Shown here: positions 18,335 to 27,308 of the stretch, piece by piece
Position numbering within the stretch: position 1 is the stretch's first letter
Layout: the number at the start of each line of letters is the position of its first letter
Assembly (NCBI GenBank): GCA_018303245.1
Contig: JAGVYM010000010.1
Location: forward strand, 1 to 33,688
DNA length: 33,688 nucleotides
DNA from: Candidatus Woesearchaeota archaeon
Lineage (GTDB): Archaea; Nanobdellota; Nanobdellia; Woesearchaeales; ARS49
Reading direction: 5' to 3'
Made by a program: the position numbers and the translations under genes
The notes under the pieces: generated by a model
What the model was told of the DNA's origin: nothing
Database searches by the model: none
Seen by the model: only the letters and a program-made list of their open reading frames with translations

Positions 18335-18445
18335 ATTATGTAATGGATGGTTTGTTGTTTAAAAAGTTAACTTTGAGTTTGCTGGTAAGTTGTTCCTCAC
18401 AAAGAGTGATAAATGTATATAAACATGGTTGGCGGAAAGGGTCAC

Positions 18446-19216
18446 ATGCGTGCATCAGGATGGCTGGTCAGTGTCGGCGTGGTTGTTTTTGTGGTTCAGG
18501 CAATCGTGGTGCTCACCCAGCAGCAGAATGCGTTCCTGGCAGGGGATGGGTTGTCGGTCGTGCTTGCTCTTGCCGCTGCGCTAGGCTGTCTTGTAGTCTG
18601 GAAAAAGCTGCAGCACGCATTTTACTTGGAAAAAAAAGGCTGGCTTTTGACCAGTCTTGCGTTCTTCTTGTTTGCGTTTGGTGACGGAATTTGGGCGTAT
18701 TATGAATTTTTTCATCTTTCACAGCTTCCTGTATTTCTTGTCCCGCAGATTTTTTGGACGCTGGCGTACGTGTTTTGGATTTTTGGCCTCAAACAGTTTT
18801 TGGAGACGAGGTTCTTTCCTTCCCGTGCTCCTGTGATAGGCGTAATGGCTGCTTCCCTTGGACTCGCGGTTCTGCACGCGTACAAACCATTCCTGCAGTT
18901 GATACATGACGGTCGTTTGCTGATTTTTCTGAACAGTTTGTATGTGTCATATGATTACATCTTGCTTGGCCTCGTGGTGCTTATTATCGCTCCGTTTATT
19001 GTGCACCACACGCGCCTTTTAACAACCTGGGTGTTGCTGAGCCTTGCGATTGTGGCGAGGATTTTGTTTGATTTCATTTTGGTGAACTCGCACGCGTACT
19101 GGTCTGGCCACCCCGCGATATTACTGTATAGCGGGGCTTATGTACTGTGTCTGCTTGCCGCCCATGCAAAGCTTGGAATTTTCCAAGACGTGGTGAGGAA
19201 ATGGTTGTATCATTGA
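18446..19216 (+). CDS. Polytopic membrane protein (7-8 TM), putative stand-alone sensor domain
   Basis: Multiple TM helices; W..L.....FAFGDGIWAYYE and IFWTLAY resemble membrane input domains of sensor proteins; start probably ATG 18446 behind TATA at ~18416-18423. Confidence 0.75.
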   Translation: MRASGWLVSVGVVVFVVQAIVVLTQQQNAFLAGDGLSVVLALAAALGCLVVWKKLQHAFYLEKKGWLLTSLAFFLFAFGDGIWAYYEFFHLSQLPVFLVPQIFWTLAYVFWIFGLKQFLETRFFPSRAPVIGVMAASLGLAVLHAYKPFLQLIHDGRLLIFLNSLYVSYDYILLGLVVLIIAPFIVHHTRLLTTWVLLSLAIVARILFDFILVNSHAYWSGHPAILLYSGAYVLCLLAAHAKLGIFQDVVRKWLYH

Positions 19217-19680
19217 TTATCACGCGCGGTGAGAAGACGACCGATGCGTTTTTGACGCAGCTGCAAAAGGTGAGCGGCGAGATCGGGATTTGTGTCCTAC
19301 TGATGCGAAAGTATGATGAAATGGTGCGTCTTCTTGCAAAAAAGAACATCAAGAGCGATGGTTTTTTGTTTGTGGATGGTTGTTCCTCTCCTGACGAAAC
19401 AAACATGATTCACACGTCGCTTGATAACCTTACGTTGATGAGCATCACAATAAATGAGGCAATCCAGGCCTTGCCTAAGGAACGGCGTTTTGTCGCGTTT
19501 GATGCGTTCGGTACGCTTGCGCTCTATAACGCCCCGCGTGTCGTGGCGAAGTTCGCGTTTTTCCTCAACCAGCAGGTGCGCGAGCTGGGTATGGATTGTG
19601 TCTGGATTGTCGCGCGTGAAGGTCTTGACCCAGAGTTGCTCGCGACTCTCAAGCAGTGTGCGGACGTGATTGAGGGATGA
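19201..19680 (+). CDS. Degenerate KaiC/RecA-fold protein (DUF835-like), no Walker A
   Basis: GICVLL, FLFVD, NLTLMSITI, RFVAFDAFGTLALYN, LKQCADVIE; start moved to ATG 19201 behind GGTGAGG. Confidence 0.75.
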   Translation: MVVSLIITRGEKTTDAFLTQLQKVSGEIGICVLLMRKYDEMVRLLAKKNIKSDGFLFVDGCSSPDETNMIHTSLDNLTLMSITINEAIQALPKERRFVAFDAFGTLALYNAPRVVAKFAFFLNQQVRELGMDCVWIVAREGLDPELLATLKQCADVIEG

Positions 19681-19732
19681 CGCACTACATTTATATAGTT
19701 CACTCCCGAGAGAGAGTGCAAAAGGAGGATGT

Positions 19733-20095
19733 ATGCCCGAGTTGATTTATGTTCTCACTGACGCACTTGTTGTCCTTGGACTGGCAATCGCGCTCGTGTT
19801 GTATTACATCCAGCGCAAAAGGCTTTCTCCGGGACTGCTCAGGGAGATTTTTAACTGGCTTGCCGGATGCCTGTTCTTTCTTGTGTTGTTCATGGTGATT
19901 GCCAATGCGTCAGAGCTTGGTCGTTTGACACATCCGTTGATGACTGATGTGTTGCATGCTCTTGCGTTGCTTGTCGCCTTGTGCGCGCTTCGTTCTGCCT
20001 TGCTGTTTGTCCAGTTTGCGCATAAGTATGGTTTTCATCAAAAACTCTTCCAGTTTGTCCGCGTCCGTCATCACTCTATCAGGAATCAGAGGTAG
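19733..20095 (+). CDS. Small 3-4 TM membrane protein
   Basis: ATG 19733 after AGGAGG and TATA TTTATATA (~19690); hydrophobic helices. Confidence 0.75.
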   Translation: MPELIYVLTDALVVLGLAIALVLYYIQRKRLSPGLLREIFNWLAGCLFFLVLFMVIANASELGRLTHPLMTDVLHALALLVALCALRSALLFVQFAHKYGFHQKLFQFVRVRHHSIRNQR

Positions 20096-20097
20096 GC

Positions 20098-20583
20098 ATG
20101 CCGGTAAAGGTTCGACTGACGCGAAGCGGGAAAATCTTTGAAGTGTTTATTTCGACATTGCAGAAATACAAGGAAGCGATAGGAATTTGCGTGCTCGTCA
20201 CACGGCCATACCAGACGTTTGTCCGGACCATGCAGGATAAAGGGCTTGATGTTCAGAAGATGTTTGTGCTTGACCTCTGTGGTTACGCGGATGCTTCGAA
20301 TGTGGTGTGTGTTGCTCCTGCTGATTTGACCTTGCTTAATCTTGCGGTTGAAGACATCGTCGCTGAGCTTCCGCCTCAACGAAAATTTTTGGTGTTTGAA
20401 TCGTTCAGCAGGCTTACAGTCTACAATCCGCCAAAGCTTGTGGCAAAGTTTGCCATTGCGTTTTTCAAGCACCTGCGTGCCCTGGACGTCGAGTGTTCTA
20501 TCATCGTCGCTCAAGATGGTCTTGATGCCGAGCTCTTGGCAGCGTTGAAACAAGCGGCTGATGTCATTGAGTATGTTGAGTGA
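20098..20583 (+). CDS. Degenerate KaiC/RecA-fold protein (DUF835-like), paralog of 19201..19680
   Basis: IGICVLVTRPY, DLTLLNLAV, KFLVFESFSRLTVYNPPKLVAKFA, GLDAELLAALKQAADVIE. Confidence 0.8.
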   Translation: MPVKVRLTRSGKIFEVFISTLQKYKEAIGICVLVTRPYQTFVRTMQDKGLDVQKMFVLDLCGYADASNVVCVAPADLTLLNLAVEDIVAELPPQRKFLVFESFSRLTVYNPPKLVAKFAIAFFKHLRALDVECSIIVAQDGLDAELLAALKQAADVIEYVE

Positions 20584-20675
20584 GCAAATTATTTTGTGTT
20601 AAACTTTTGTTTGTCTAGTTCAAGTCTCCACTCTTGTGGGGAGGAGGGAGGAGTCTGAAAACTAGCTCAGAATAC

Positions 20676-20790
20676 TGGGCCCGAGGAGACTCGAACTCCC
20701 GACCACTGGTGATCTTAGCCATCCGGGTTTGTTGTTTGTGCCAGATGTGGTCGTATAAGACCAGCGCTCTACCAGCTAAGCTACGGGCCC
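20676..20790 (-). tRNA. tRNA-Ile(TAT) with a 42-nt canonical intron (20712-20753)
   Basis: Acceptor stem GGGCCCG/CGGGCCC plus A; anticodon arm CTGGT-CTTATA|C-ACCAG; BHB central helix CTTA/TAAG with bulges TAC and ATC; mature length 73 nt; TATA at ~20816-20823. Confidence 0.93.
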
Positions 20791-20842
20791 ATAGGTGGGA
20801 GTTCGAAGAAGGCAGTTTTAAAGCTTGTGGCTATTAAGGTGG

Positions 20843-20865
20843 AAAAAAAGTAAAAAAGTAAAAAA
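20843..20865 (-). terminator. Oligo-T archaeal terminator of 20866..21972
   Basis: Minus strand TTTTTTACTTTTTTACTTTTTTT immediately after the stop codon. Confidence 0.6.
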
Positions 20866-21972
20866 TTAACTCATCGTGCCTTCAATCGAGTCACGCCAGG
20901 CGTCAAAGTCTTCAGTGGTGATGAAGATGTGTGGCGGCAGATCCACGATGCGTGGGTCAACCGGAGTGTTTTTGACACCCCAACGCTCATAGGTCGAGGA
21001 GATGGTATAACTCTCGCGATCAAGCAAGGTTCCGTCTGCAGCAAGTTTATCGATGACTACGGGCAGCTCGTGCGAGTCGAAATAAAACTTGATCTTGGCA
21101 CCTGCATGCTCCGCGTGCAGATAGGTGTTCTCGCCATCTTTTACAATACGTTGTTCGCTGCTCTCTTTGCTGGTGAACGTGAGAGACAAGATGGAGATAA
21201 GTTTTCCCGCAGGAAGATTGATTGATTGGTCGCTTGTATCAACTTCAAGGGGAGTCTCGCTTGCGTAGTTTGCAAATGTATCAAGGGGGCTTTTCACATA
21301 ATAGGGCAGGATGAGCTTGAGGATATTGCCTGCGCTGATCCCTCCTGCGCGGTAATATTGTTGTTGGAAGTATTTGAGGAATTCAATAGGTATCAGGGAC
21401 GCGTCTTGTTTTTTGTCTCCAGTGAGGTGGAGCTTGATAATTCCTGCAGGATAGAGCGAGGCTCCCAAGCTGCCCATGCGTTTTGTGGTGGACATTTTTT
21501 GGTTCTTGTACGTGTCCCACCAGTGTGCGGAGACGTCTCCGACCCAGACATTGAGCGTGGTGTCCATTGTGTCCCAGTAGAGAAGTCCGGGAGCAGCAAA
21601 GGGCCATTCGCCGGTGCTTCGTTTGGTTCCAGATGCGTAGACGATGTGTGCTCCGTCGGAGTAGACATAGTTTGTGGGCGCTTTTTCAAGGAGTGATTGT
21701 GCGAGTTTTTTGATCGGAGGAAGAGGTGCAGGTGTTTGTTCGATTGGGGTTTCGATAACCGCGGGCATCTCAATCGCAGAGTCTATGGTGGGTGCTAGCT
21801 GTAGTGCTTCCGCGCGCTTTTCTGGTGCCGGGCAATCTGTAGGGAATTCGGCGAAGCTTCCGTCGCTGCACTGGACTGCGAACACGACTGCTCCGGTCAG
21901 GGGGGATTGGTTTTGACATGCTGCTAGTGTGAGCAGGAGAATGGTTAATGTGCACAACGCGATGGTTCGCAT
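20866..21972 (-). CDS. Secreted/lipoprotein-like hypothetical protein
   Basis: Start moved to ATG 21972 behind GAGGTGA; MRTIALCTLTILLLTLAAC lipobox-like; PLTGAVV; CSDGS..DCP; Pro-rich linker. Confidence 0.8.
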   Translation of the reverse strand: MRTIALCTLTILLLTLAACQNQSPLTGAVVFAVQCSDGSFAEFPTDCPAPEKRAEALQLAPTIDSAIEMPAVIETPIEQTPAPLPPIKKLAQSLLEKAPTNYVYSDGAHIVYASGTKRSTGEWPFAAPGLLYWDTMDTTLNVWVGDVSAHWWDTYKNQKMSTTKRMGSLGASLYPAGIIKLHLTGDKKQDASLIPIEFLKYFQQQYYRAGGISAGNILKLILPYYVKSPLDTFANYASETPLEVDTSDQSINLPAGKLISILSLTFTSKESSEQRIVKDGENTYLHAEHAGAKIKFYFDSHELPVVIDKLAADGTLLDRESYTISSTYERWGVKNTPVDPRIVDLPPHIFITTEDFDAWRDSIEGTMS

Positions 21973-22161
21973 AAAGTTCACCTCTTTTTTTATTTTGCAA
22001 AACAAGACGCAAAACAATTTTTTTGGCACGCCTCGGTTTGTTGAGACTGTTACTCTAAATTAGTATATAAAAGTAATGTATTACTATACGAATTAGTGAT
22101 TTTTGTATACTGGCTGATTGGTGATTTTTCTCACAGAGTGAGCGGAAAGAAGGTAGCTTAT

Positions 22162-23832
22162 TTATTTAGAGAGGTTGTGGCCGCGGTGGCTGTCAACCAT
22201 TAAGAAGAGGTGGTTTGCTTTGTATTTGAACTCGTCGGCAGCGACTCTTGTGAGGATTCCTTTTTTCTTCAACTCATCGATATAGCTTAGAATCTGGTCG
22301 CGGCTCAAGCTTTCTTGCCGTAAATCTTCGAACTCGCTCGCTCCGATCGGTCCCAAAAGTTCGGAGAAAAGCTCTGCGAGTTTTTTCTCGATTTGGTCTT
22401 TGGTTGAGAAGAGCACTCTGATTGGTTTTATTTCTTTGACAGGTTTTAAGGGCAGGGTAAAAAAGAAAGTGGTTCCTTTTCCGACAGCGCTTTCAAGCCA
22501 GATTTTTCCGTTCTGTGAAAGCACAATTCCTCTGCATATTGCAAGCCCAAGTCCGTTTCCTCCATTTCCTCGGTACATAGTTTGCTCTGCCTGGAAGAAT
22601 GGCTCGAAAAGTTTGAGTTGGTCTTTGGGCGAGATTCCGACTCCTTGGTCTTTGACGCTGAAACGGATGAAGTCCCGCTCGAGTTGTGCGGTGACAAGGA
22701 CAGTTGTTTTTTCTTTTGAGAACTTGACTGCGTTGCTTAAGAGGTTGCGTAGGACTTGGGTGAGTCGGTCAGGATCTGTTTCAATGATGGGAAGCTTGCC
22801 GAATTTTTCAGTTATTATGATGTGTTTCTTAGGCATGAACCCTTGCATGTACGAGATGACTTCGCGCGCGGTTTTTGCCACATCGGTTTTTTTGAAGTTG
22901 AATTTGAGGCGCGCCGCTTCGATGCGCGAGATTTCAAGGAAGTCAGCTATTATGGTGTCGAGTCGGTCTGCGTTTCGCATGATGACTTGAAGGCCGTCTT
23001 TTTGTTTCTTGTTGAGCTTGCCATAGTATCCCTGTTCGAGCATTTGGAGCTGTGCTTTCATGGGCGTCATGGGGCTGCGAAGTTCGTGTGACGTGATGCT
23101 TAAGAATCGTGTTTTTGCCTGATCGATTTGTTTACGTTCCTCGTCGAGTTTACTTAATGCCTCGGTTGCCGTGTCGAACACGGTTCCGAGTTCTTGGAGT
23201 TCGTCGTTGGTCTGGATGTTTGCTTTTGCCTTGAAGTTTCCTTCGGAGAGCTGGTGGGCGGCGGTGTAGAGCTGCTTTATCGGCTGGGTGAGGAGTTGGG
23301 TTGAGTGGTACGCGGCTGCGAGTGCTATGGCTGCGCTCGCCAAGACGAATATGATGATAGTAACAAGTCCCTTCGGCAGATAGTTATAGGAGGTAGGAGG
23401 GGAGATGAGGCCCATGCGCAGGGTTCCTTTCGTTCCAACAGGATAGGCAATATCGTGGATGGTGCCTTCGGGAGTTTGGAGCATGAGTGTGTTTGTGGCA
23501 TGTTCGAGCGAAGGACCGTTCGCATGGATGATTTCTGGAGAGACGGGTTGTGCTTGGGCTACTACTCCGCGCGCATTTGTGATGAAAACGTATGCGATTG
23601 ACGGGTCGCTTTTTTTGAGTGTTGTGAGTTGTGCTTGGGCTTCGAGAAGGTTGTGGCTTGAGAGCGCGGGGAGTGTCTTTTGTACGGCTTGAAGTGCAAG
23701 GGCGTTTCCGCGGGCATGCATTTCCTCGGTGCGGATGTCGGCGAACGTTTTCCAGGAGATTGATACTGCGGTAAGTGCGAGAAAAAGAATGATTCCTACG
23801 CTAATCAAGGTGAATTTGGTGCGTAAGTGCAT
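22162..23832 (-). CDS. Membrane sensor histidine kinase (2 TM, extracellular Cache-like region, HAMP, HisKA, HATPase, extra C-terminal domain)
   Basis: HAMP (PIKQL..AAHQLSEGNF..NDELQELG), H-box FLSITSHELRSPMT, N-box QVLRNLLSNAVKF, G1 DQGVGI, F-box FEPFFQ, G2 GNGLGLAIC; start ATG 23832 behind AGGA. Confidence 0.95.
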   Translation of the reverse strand: MHLRTKFTLISVGIILFLALTAVSISWKTFADIRTEEMHARGNALALQAVQKTLPALSSHNLLEAQAQLTTLKKSDPSIAYVFITNARGVVAQAQPVSPEIIHANGPSLEHATNTLMLQTPEGTIHDIAYPVGTKGTLRMGLISPPTSYNYLPKGLVTIIIFVLASAAIALAAAYHSTQLLTQPIKQLYTAAHQLSEGNFKAKANIQTNDELQELGTVFDTATEALSKLDEERKQIDQAKTRFLSITSHELRSPMTPMKAQLQMLEQGYYGKLNKKQKDGLQVIMRNADRLDTIIADFLEISRIEAARLKFNFKKTDVAKTAREVISYMQGFMPKKHIIITEKFGKLPIIETDPDRLTQVLRNLLSNAVKFSKEKTTVLVTAQLERDFIRFSVKDQGVGISPKDQLKLFEPFFQAEQTMYRGNGGNGLGLAICRGIVLSQNGKIWLESAVGKGTTFFFTLPLKPVKEIKPIRVLFSTKDQIEKKLAELFSELLGPIGASEFEDLRQESLSRDQILSYIDELKKKGILTRVAADEFKYKANHLFLMVDSHRGHNLSK

Positions 23833-23899
23833 ATGTTCCTCTTTTAGTGCAGAATATCGAAGGAGAGTATTTAAAGTCTTTGGAGAAGGTAAGCGTGGT

Positions 23900-24418
23900 C
23901 TACTTCTCAATCACGATTGTTTTCTCGACGTACATGCAGCAACGGGGAATGAATTTTTCTTGTTCGTTGAGCGCGTAGAAGACTGCTTTTGTTTTGGTCT
24001 CGCGGATTTTGTTGAGCAGCACAAAGATGAGGTCTTCAACGCCTTCTGTTTCTTTGTAGCTAAACAGGTTGGTTAGCGAGTCGAAGACAAGGTAATCGTA
24101 TTCTTGCTGGATGATGGTGTGGAGCGCAGCGAACGCGTCTGAGATGGACGTAGGGCTTACGAAGTAGCATTCTTTTGGGATGTCTTTTGCTTCTTTGAGC
24201 GAGCGGGTTATGGCGTCGACAAACAGGATGTTGTCAGTCTTGATTTTGTTTTTTTTGAATAGTTCCTTCAAGGCCCCGTATGTCTTGTTCAAGGTGACAT
24301 AGCAGACGCGTTTGTCGCTTAATGTCTTTATGGTTTCAAGAACGATTTTATTATACTCGATGCCAGGCATGAGTAAAAGGATGGTCTGATTGTCGGAGAG
24401 TTCTTTGATGATGTCCAT
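23900..24418 (-). CDS. Degenerate KaiC/RecA-fold protein (DUF835-like)
   Basis: RVCYVTLNKTY, ILFVDAIT, YLVFDSLTNLFSY; Walker A absent. Confidence 0.8.
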   Translation of the reverse strand: MDIIKELSDNQTILLLMPGIEYNKIVLETIKTLSDKRVCYVTLNKTYGALKELFKKNKIKTDNILFVDAITRSLKEAKDIPKECYFVSPTSISDAFAALHTIIQQEYDYLVFDSLTNLFSYKETEGVEDLIFVLLNKIRETKTKAVFYALNEQEKFIPRCCMYVEKTIVIEK

Positions 24419-24420
24419 GA

Positions 24421-24771
24421 TTATGCCATCTTTTTTACTTTTTTGATGAGTTCGTTGATGTCGAACGGTTTTTGGATAAAGTCGATGATGTTGCCGTTCG
24501 AAAGAAGTTGTTCACGTTCCGCGTCGCTTGTCCGCACTGCGCTGCAATATACAATCTTGATTCCTTTGATTTTCTTGACGATGTCGCGCACCGGGGTTCC
24601 TGGCATCATGATGTCAAGCAGGATGAGGTTTGGTTTGACAGTCTCAAGTTTCTTCAAACAGTCATCACCGTCAATCGCCAAGATGGTGTTGTAGCCTTCA
24701 CGCTCGAGGATGGTCTTGATTGTCTCACGGATATCTGCCTCATCGTCGACAATCATGATAGTCTTGGGCAT
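24421..24771 (-). CDS. Stand-alone response regulator receiver (CheY-like)
   Basis: IMIVDDE, LILLDIMMPG (phosphoacceptor Asp), CSA, FIQKPF. Confidence 0.95.
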   Translation of the reverse strand: MPKTIMIVDDEADIRETIKTILEREGYNTILAIDGDDCLKKLETVKPNLILLDIMMPGTPVRDIVKKIKGIKIVYCSAVRTSDAEREQLLSNGNIIDFIQKPFDINELIKKVKKMA

Positions 24772-24864
24772 GGTGCTTGCAGAACTTGTTTTCGCATTTA
24801 AACGTTTCGTTTGCTGGACCTTGGCTCAAAGAAAAGACGGTAGTTAAAAGCAAAGTTTTAGCAA

Positions 24865-25317
24865 TCACATTAAGTTTTTCATCTTGTTCCATTTCTGGAC
24901 GGTGAGGCTCGTATCGTCTTGGGTTTGAACCTCGAGGCTTTCGATTAAGAGTTGGCCAACTGGTCCTTTAGGCAGGACTTTTTGCAGTGTTTCTTGAAGT
25001 GCTTTGAGGAATTTTTTGGCTTGTGCTTGTTTGGTGAAGTGAGCGTTGAGTGCTACGGGAGATTCAGTCATGGCTTCGAAAAATCCTCCTTTTTCAAAGA
25101 GGAATCGTTCGTATGATTTCTCGCCGATGACATCCATGCCTAAGTAATACATCGTCTGCTTCATTTTTTTCTCAAGGAGGTTTACAAATTTGACGAGTTC
25201 GTCGCGTGCGCGTTCCTGTTCTGCAAAGTCCTGTTCGAGGCTTTTTTTCTTTCTGACTTCAAACGGCAAAAGTTCTCCTACATCAAGCAATGGGACTGAA
25301 AAATGGTTGGTGTTCAT
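24865..25317 (-). CDS. Hypothetical protein (150 aa) coupled to the V4R gene
   Basis: ATGA overlap with 25314..25799; AGGAGGT RBS. Confidence 0.75.
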   Translation of the reverse strand: MNTNHFSVPLLDVGELLPFEVRKKKSLEQDFAEQERARDELVKFVNLLEKKMKQTMYYLGMDVIGEKSYERFLFEKGGFFEAMTESPVALNAHFTKQAQAKKFLKALQETLQKVLPKGPVGQLLIESLEVQTQDDTSLTVQKWNKMKNLM

Positions 25318-25799
25318 GGTGACCTCCTAATCGTGCATTCAAGGACAGAGCCGCTGATTTTAACAGTGCAGTCCATGTTGGTTTTGAATAGGAATGAGAA
25401 CATTCCAGCTAAGGCCGCGCAAGGTAGGATTCCATGTTCTGGACCAAGTTTAACTGATGGGTTCCGTAGTGGGCAGTCCCTGATTTTGATGGATGCTGTT
25501 TTTTTTGAGTTGTCAAGCGCGTTGATTTCGGGTTTTCCTAATCCGAATGTTTCAAAAATTTCCTCAAGGACTTTGAGCAAACCCTCGCTAGTGGACCCGA
25601 CTTTTTTCGCGTAGTCTTCCATGCTGGAGTTGATTGTTTTTTTCACAAGGGTGTAGGACTTTTTTGGATCAACGCTTTGCAGCGCGACGAGTACTTCTGC
25701 CGGTAGCATAACTTGTTTCTTTCCGAGAATCTCTATCTTTCCGTCCGAAAGATCGAGTTGGCGTGCGAAAAGAAGTTTTTTGAGGAACGGTGAAAGCAT
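25314..25799 (-). CDS. V4R-domain (4-vinyl reductase/XylR_N-like) small-ligand-binding protein
   Basis: DGKIEILGKKQVMLP, FETFGLGK, IKIRDCP, PCAALAGMFSFLF, ECTI. Confidence 0.8.
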   Translation of the reverse strand: MLSPFLKKLLFARQLDLSDGKIEILGKKQVMLPAEVLVALQSVDPKKSYTLVKKTINSSMEDYAKKVGSTSEGLLKVLEEIFETFGLGKPEINALDNSKKTASIKIRDCPLRNPSVKLGPEHGILPCAALAGMFSFLFKTNMDCTVKISGSVLECTIRRSP

Positions 25800-26001
25800 A
25801 TTGTGAAAGAGAGAGGTTCTGTTTTAAATAAGTTCGTGTTTCTTAGGTTTTGGCTGTGTTGTTGTTCCCCAGGCGTGAAAATAGGAAATGTTTTTATAAA
25901 CGAAACAATTAAGGACTCACGTCGAAGGTATGAGGTGATGCCAAAACGCCGGTTAGTTGCTTGTGGCGGATTCTCTCCTGTTCGTCAAAAGAGGTAAGAC
26001 T

Positions 26002-27303
26002 ATGAATAAGCAGAATCTTGTTGTCGGAATTGGATGTTCTAAAAACAAAGACGGTTACGTTGCCGCGTGCGATGCCGCCGGGCAGGCGCTCAAACAGCTT
26101 GGAGGCAAAAAGCCAACAATCTCTTTTGTGTTTTACGCAGGAGAATACAATCCTAAATCGCTTAACAAAGGGTTTCTTAACGTTCTCGGGAAGACTGAAT
26201 TTGTCGGTGGATCAACTGATGCAGTCATTTACAAGACTGAAATCATTCCTGTGGGTGTTGTTGTCTGCTCGTGGTATTCGGAGTATTTGCACGTTGGTGT
26301 TGCATCTTCTGATAATGTGCGCAAGAATCCGTATGCTATTGCCAAGAAAACAGTGCTTGATGCAGTTCACAAGATTTCAGTGGATAAATATCTCGATTCG
26401 TATATGCAGTTTGCCCGCATGAAAAAGGAAGACTTGGCTAGTCTGACAAGGATTCCGTCTTTTTTCACGTTCTTGTTCACTCGTGGATATGAGCAGAACA
26501 GGATGGGGAATGAAGATATCATCATCGAGGGGACCGCGGATGCGATCGGACATTATATCCCTATTTTTGGAGGATCGCTTGGTAATAATATGGACAAAGT
26601 TTTCAGAGGCGAGCCGTACGAGATTTATACGTTCCATTCAGGAAAAATCTACAAGGACGGTCTTGCAGCAGTATTTGCATATTCAGGTCTTGTGTACAGC
26701 AATTCAATCGCGCACGGCGGCGAGCCCATGGGGAAGCTTGGCTACATTTCGAAAGTGAAGGGTGGTGGTTTTGTCGTTTCAGAAGTTTGTGACAAGCCCA
26801 TAAAGCAGTGGTATGCCGAGACGTTAGGAGTGCCGCTTAAGAAGTTCGTGAAAAATATTCTTTTTTACACGCAGAAATATCCTCTTGGATTCCCTGATGG
26901 GTACGGTAACATTGTTATGCGCGCAGGTGGTGTTCCATTTGGCAATGATCTTTCCTACATTGCACCGTTCAGGGAGAATACTCCGGTCTGGGTGATGAAT
27001 ATTGAGGCTAACAAGCTTATTGTGAAGGCGCCGGAACAGATTAAGAAGGACATCAAGCAGCATCTTGGCAAGGCTCTCACGCCGCTGCACACGTTTGTCG
27101 TATCCTGTTCATCGCGGCGCAGGATTCTTGATTCGAAGAGCTCGAAGAAAGAGCTTCAGACAATCGCGAAGATGTCAAAGTTACCCCTTGTTGGGTTTTG
27201 CAGTTTTGGCGAGATAGGTTCCCGTCCTGCTGAGACGTGTCATTACAATCATCTCTGTACGAATCTGTTCAATTTATACAATGAAATCCTGCCGGATCTC
27301 TAG
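26002..27303 (+). CDS. FIST (FIST_N + FIST_C / NosP-like) domain protein
   Basis: VGGSTDA, PIFGGSLG, SIAHGGEPMG, YPLG, VVSCSSRR, LVGFCSFGEIG...YNHLC; start ATG 26002 behind GAGGT; TATA at 25891-25900. Confidence 0.88.
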   Translation: MNKQNLVVGIGCSKNKDGYVAACDAAGQALKQLGGKKPTISFVFYAGEYNPKSLNKGFLNVLGKTEFVGGSTDAVIYKTEIIPVGVVVCSWYSEYLHVGVASSDNVRKNPYAIAKKTVLDAVHKISVDKYLDSYMQFARMKKEDLASLTRIPSFFTFLFTRGYEQNRMGNEDIIIEGTADAIGHYIPIFGGSLGNNMDKVFRGEPYEIYTFHSGKIYKDGLAAVFAYSGLVYSNSIAHGGEPMGKLGYISKVKGGGFVVSEVCDKPIKQWYAETLGVPLKKFVKNILFYTQKYPLGFPDGYGNIVMRAGGVPFGNDLSYIAPFRENTPVWVMNIEANKLIVKAPEQIKKDIKQHLGKALTPLHTFVVSCSSRRRILDSKSSKKELQTIAKMSKLPLVGFCSFGEIGSRPAETCHYNHLCTNLFNLYNEILPDL

Positions 27304-27308
27304 GACTT

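Noticed and set aside
20634..20837. 67-aa plus-strand ORF
   Set aside because: Antisense to tRNA-Ile; not a gene
22072..22085. Palindrome AGTAAT-GT-ATTACT upstream of 20866..21972
   Set aside because: Short, AT-rich and single-copy; could be an operator but chance cannot be excluded
25925..25990. Fluoride riboswitch suggested by GGTGATG
   Set aside because: The downstream pairing and conserved motifs of that riboswitch are missing
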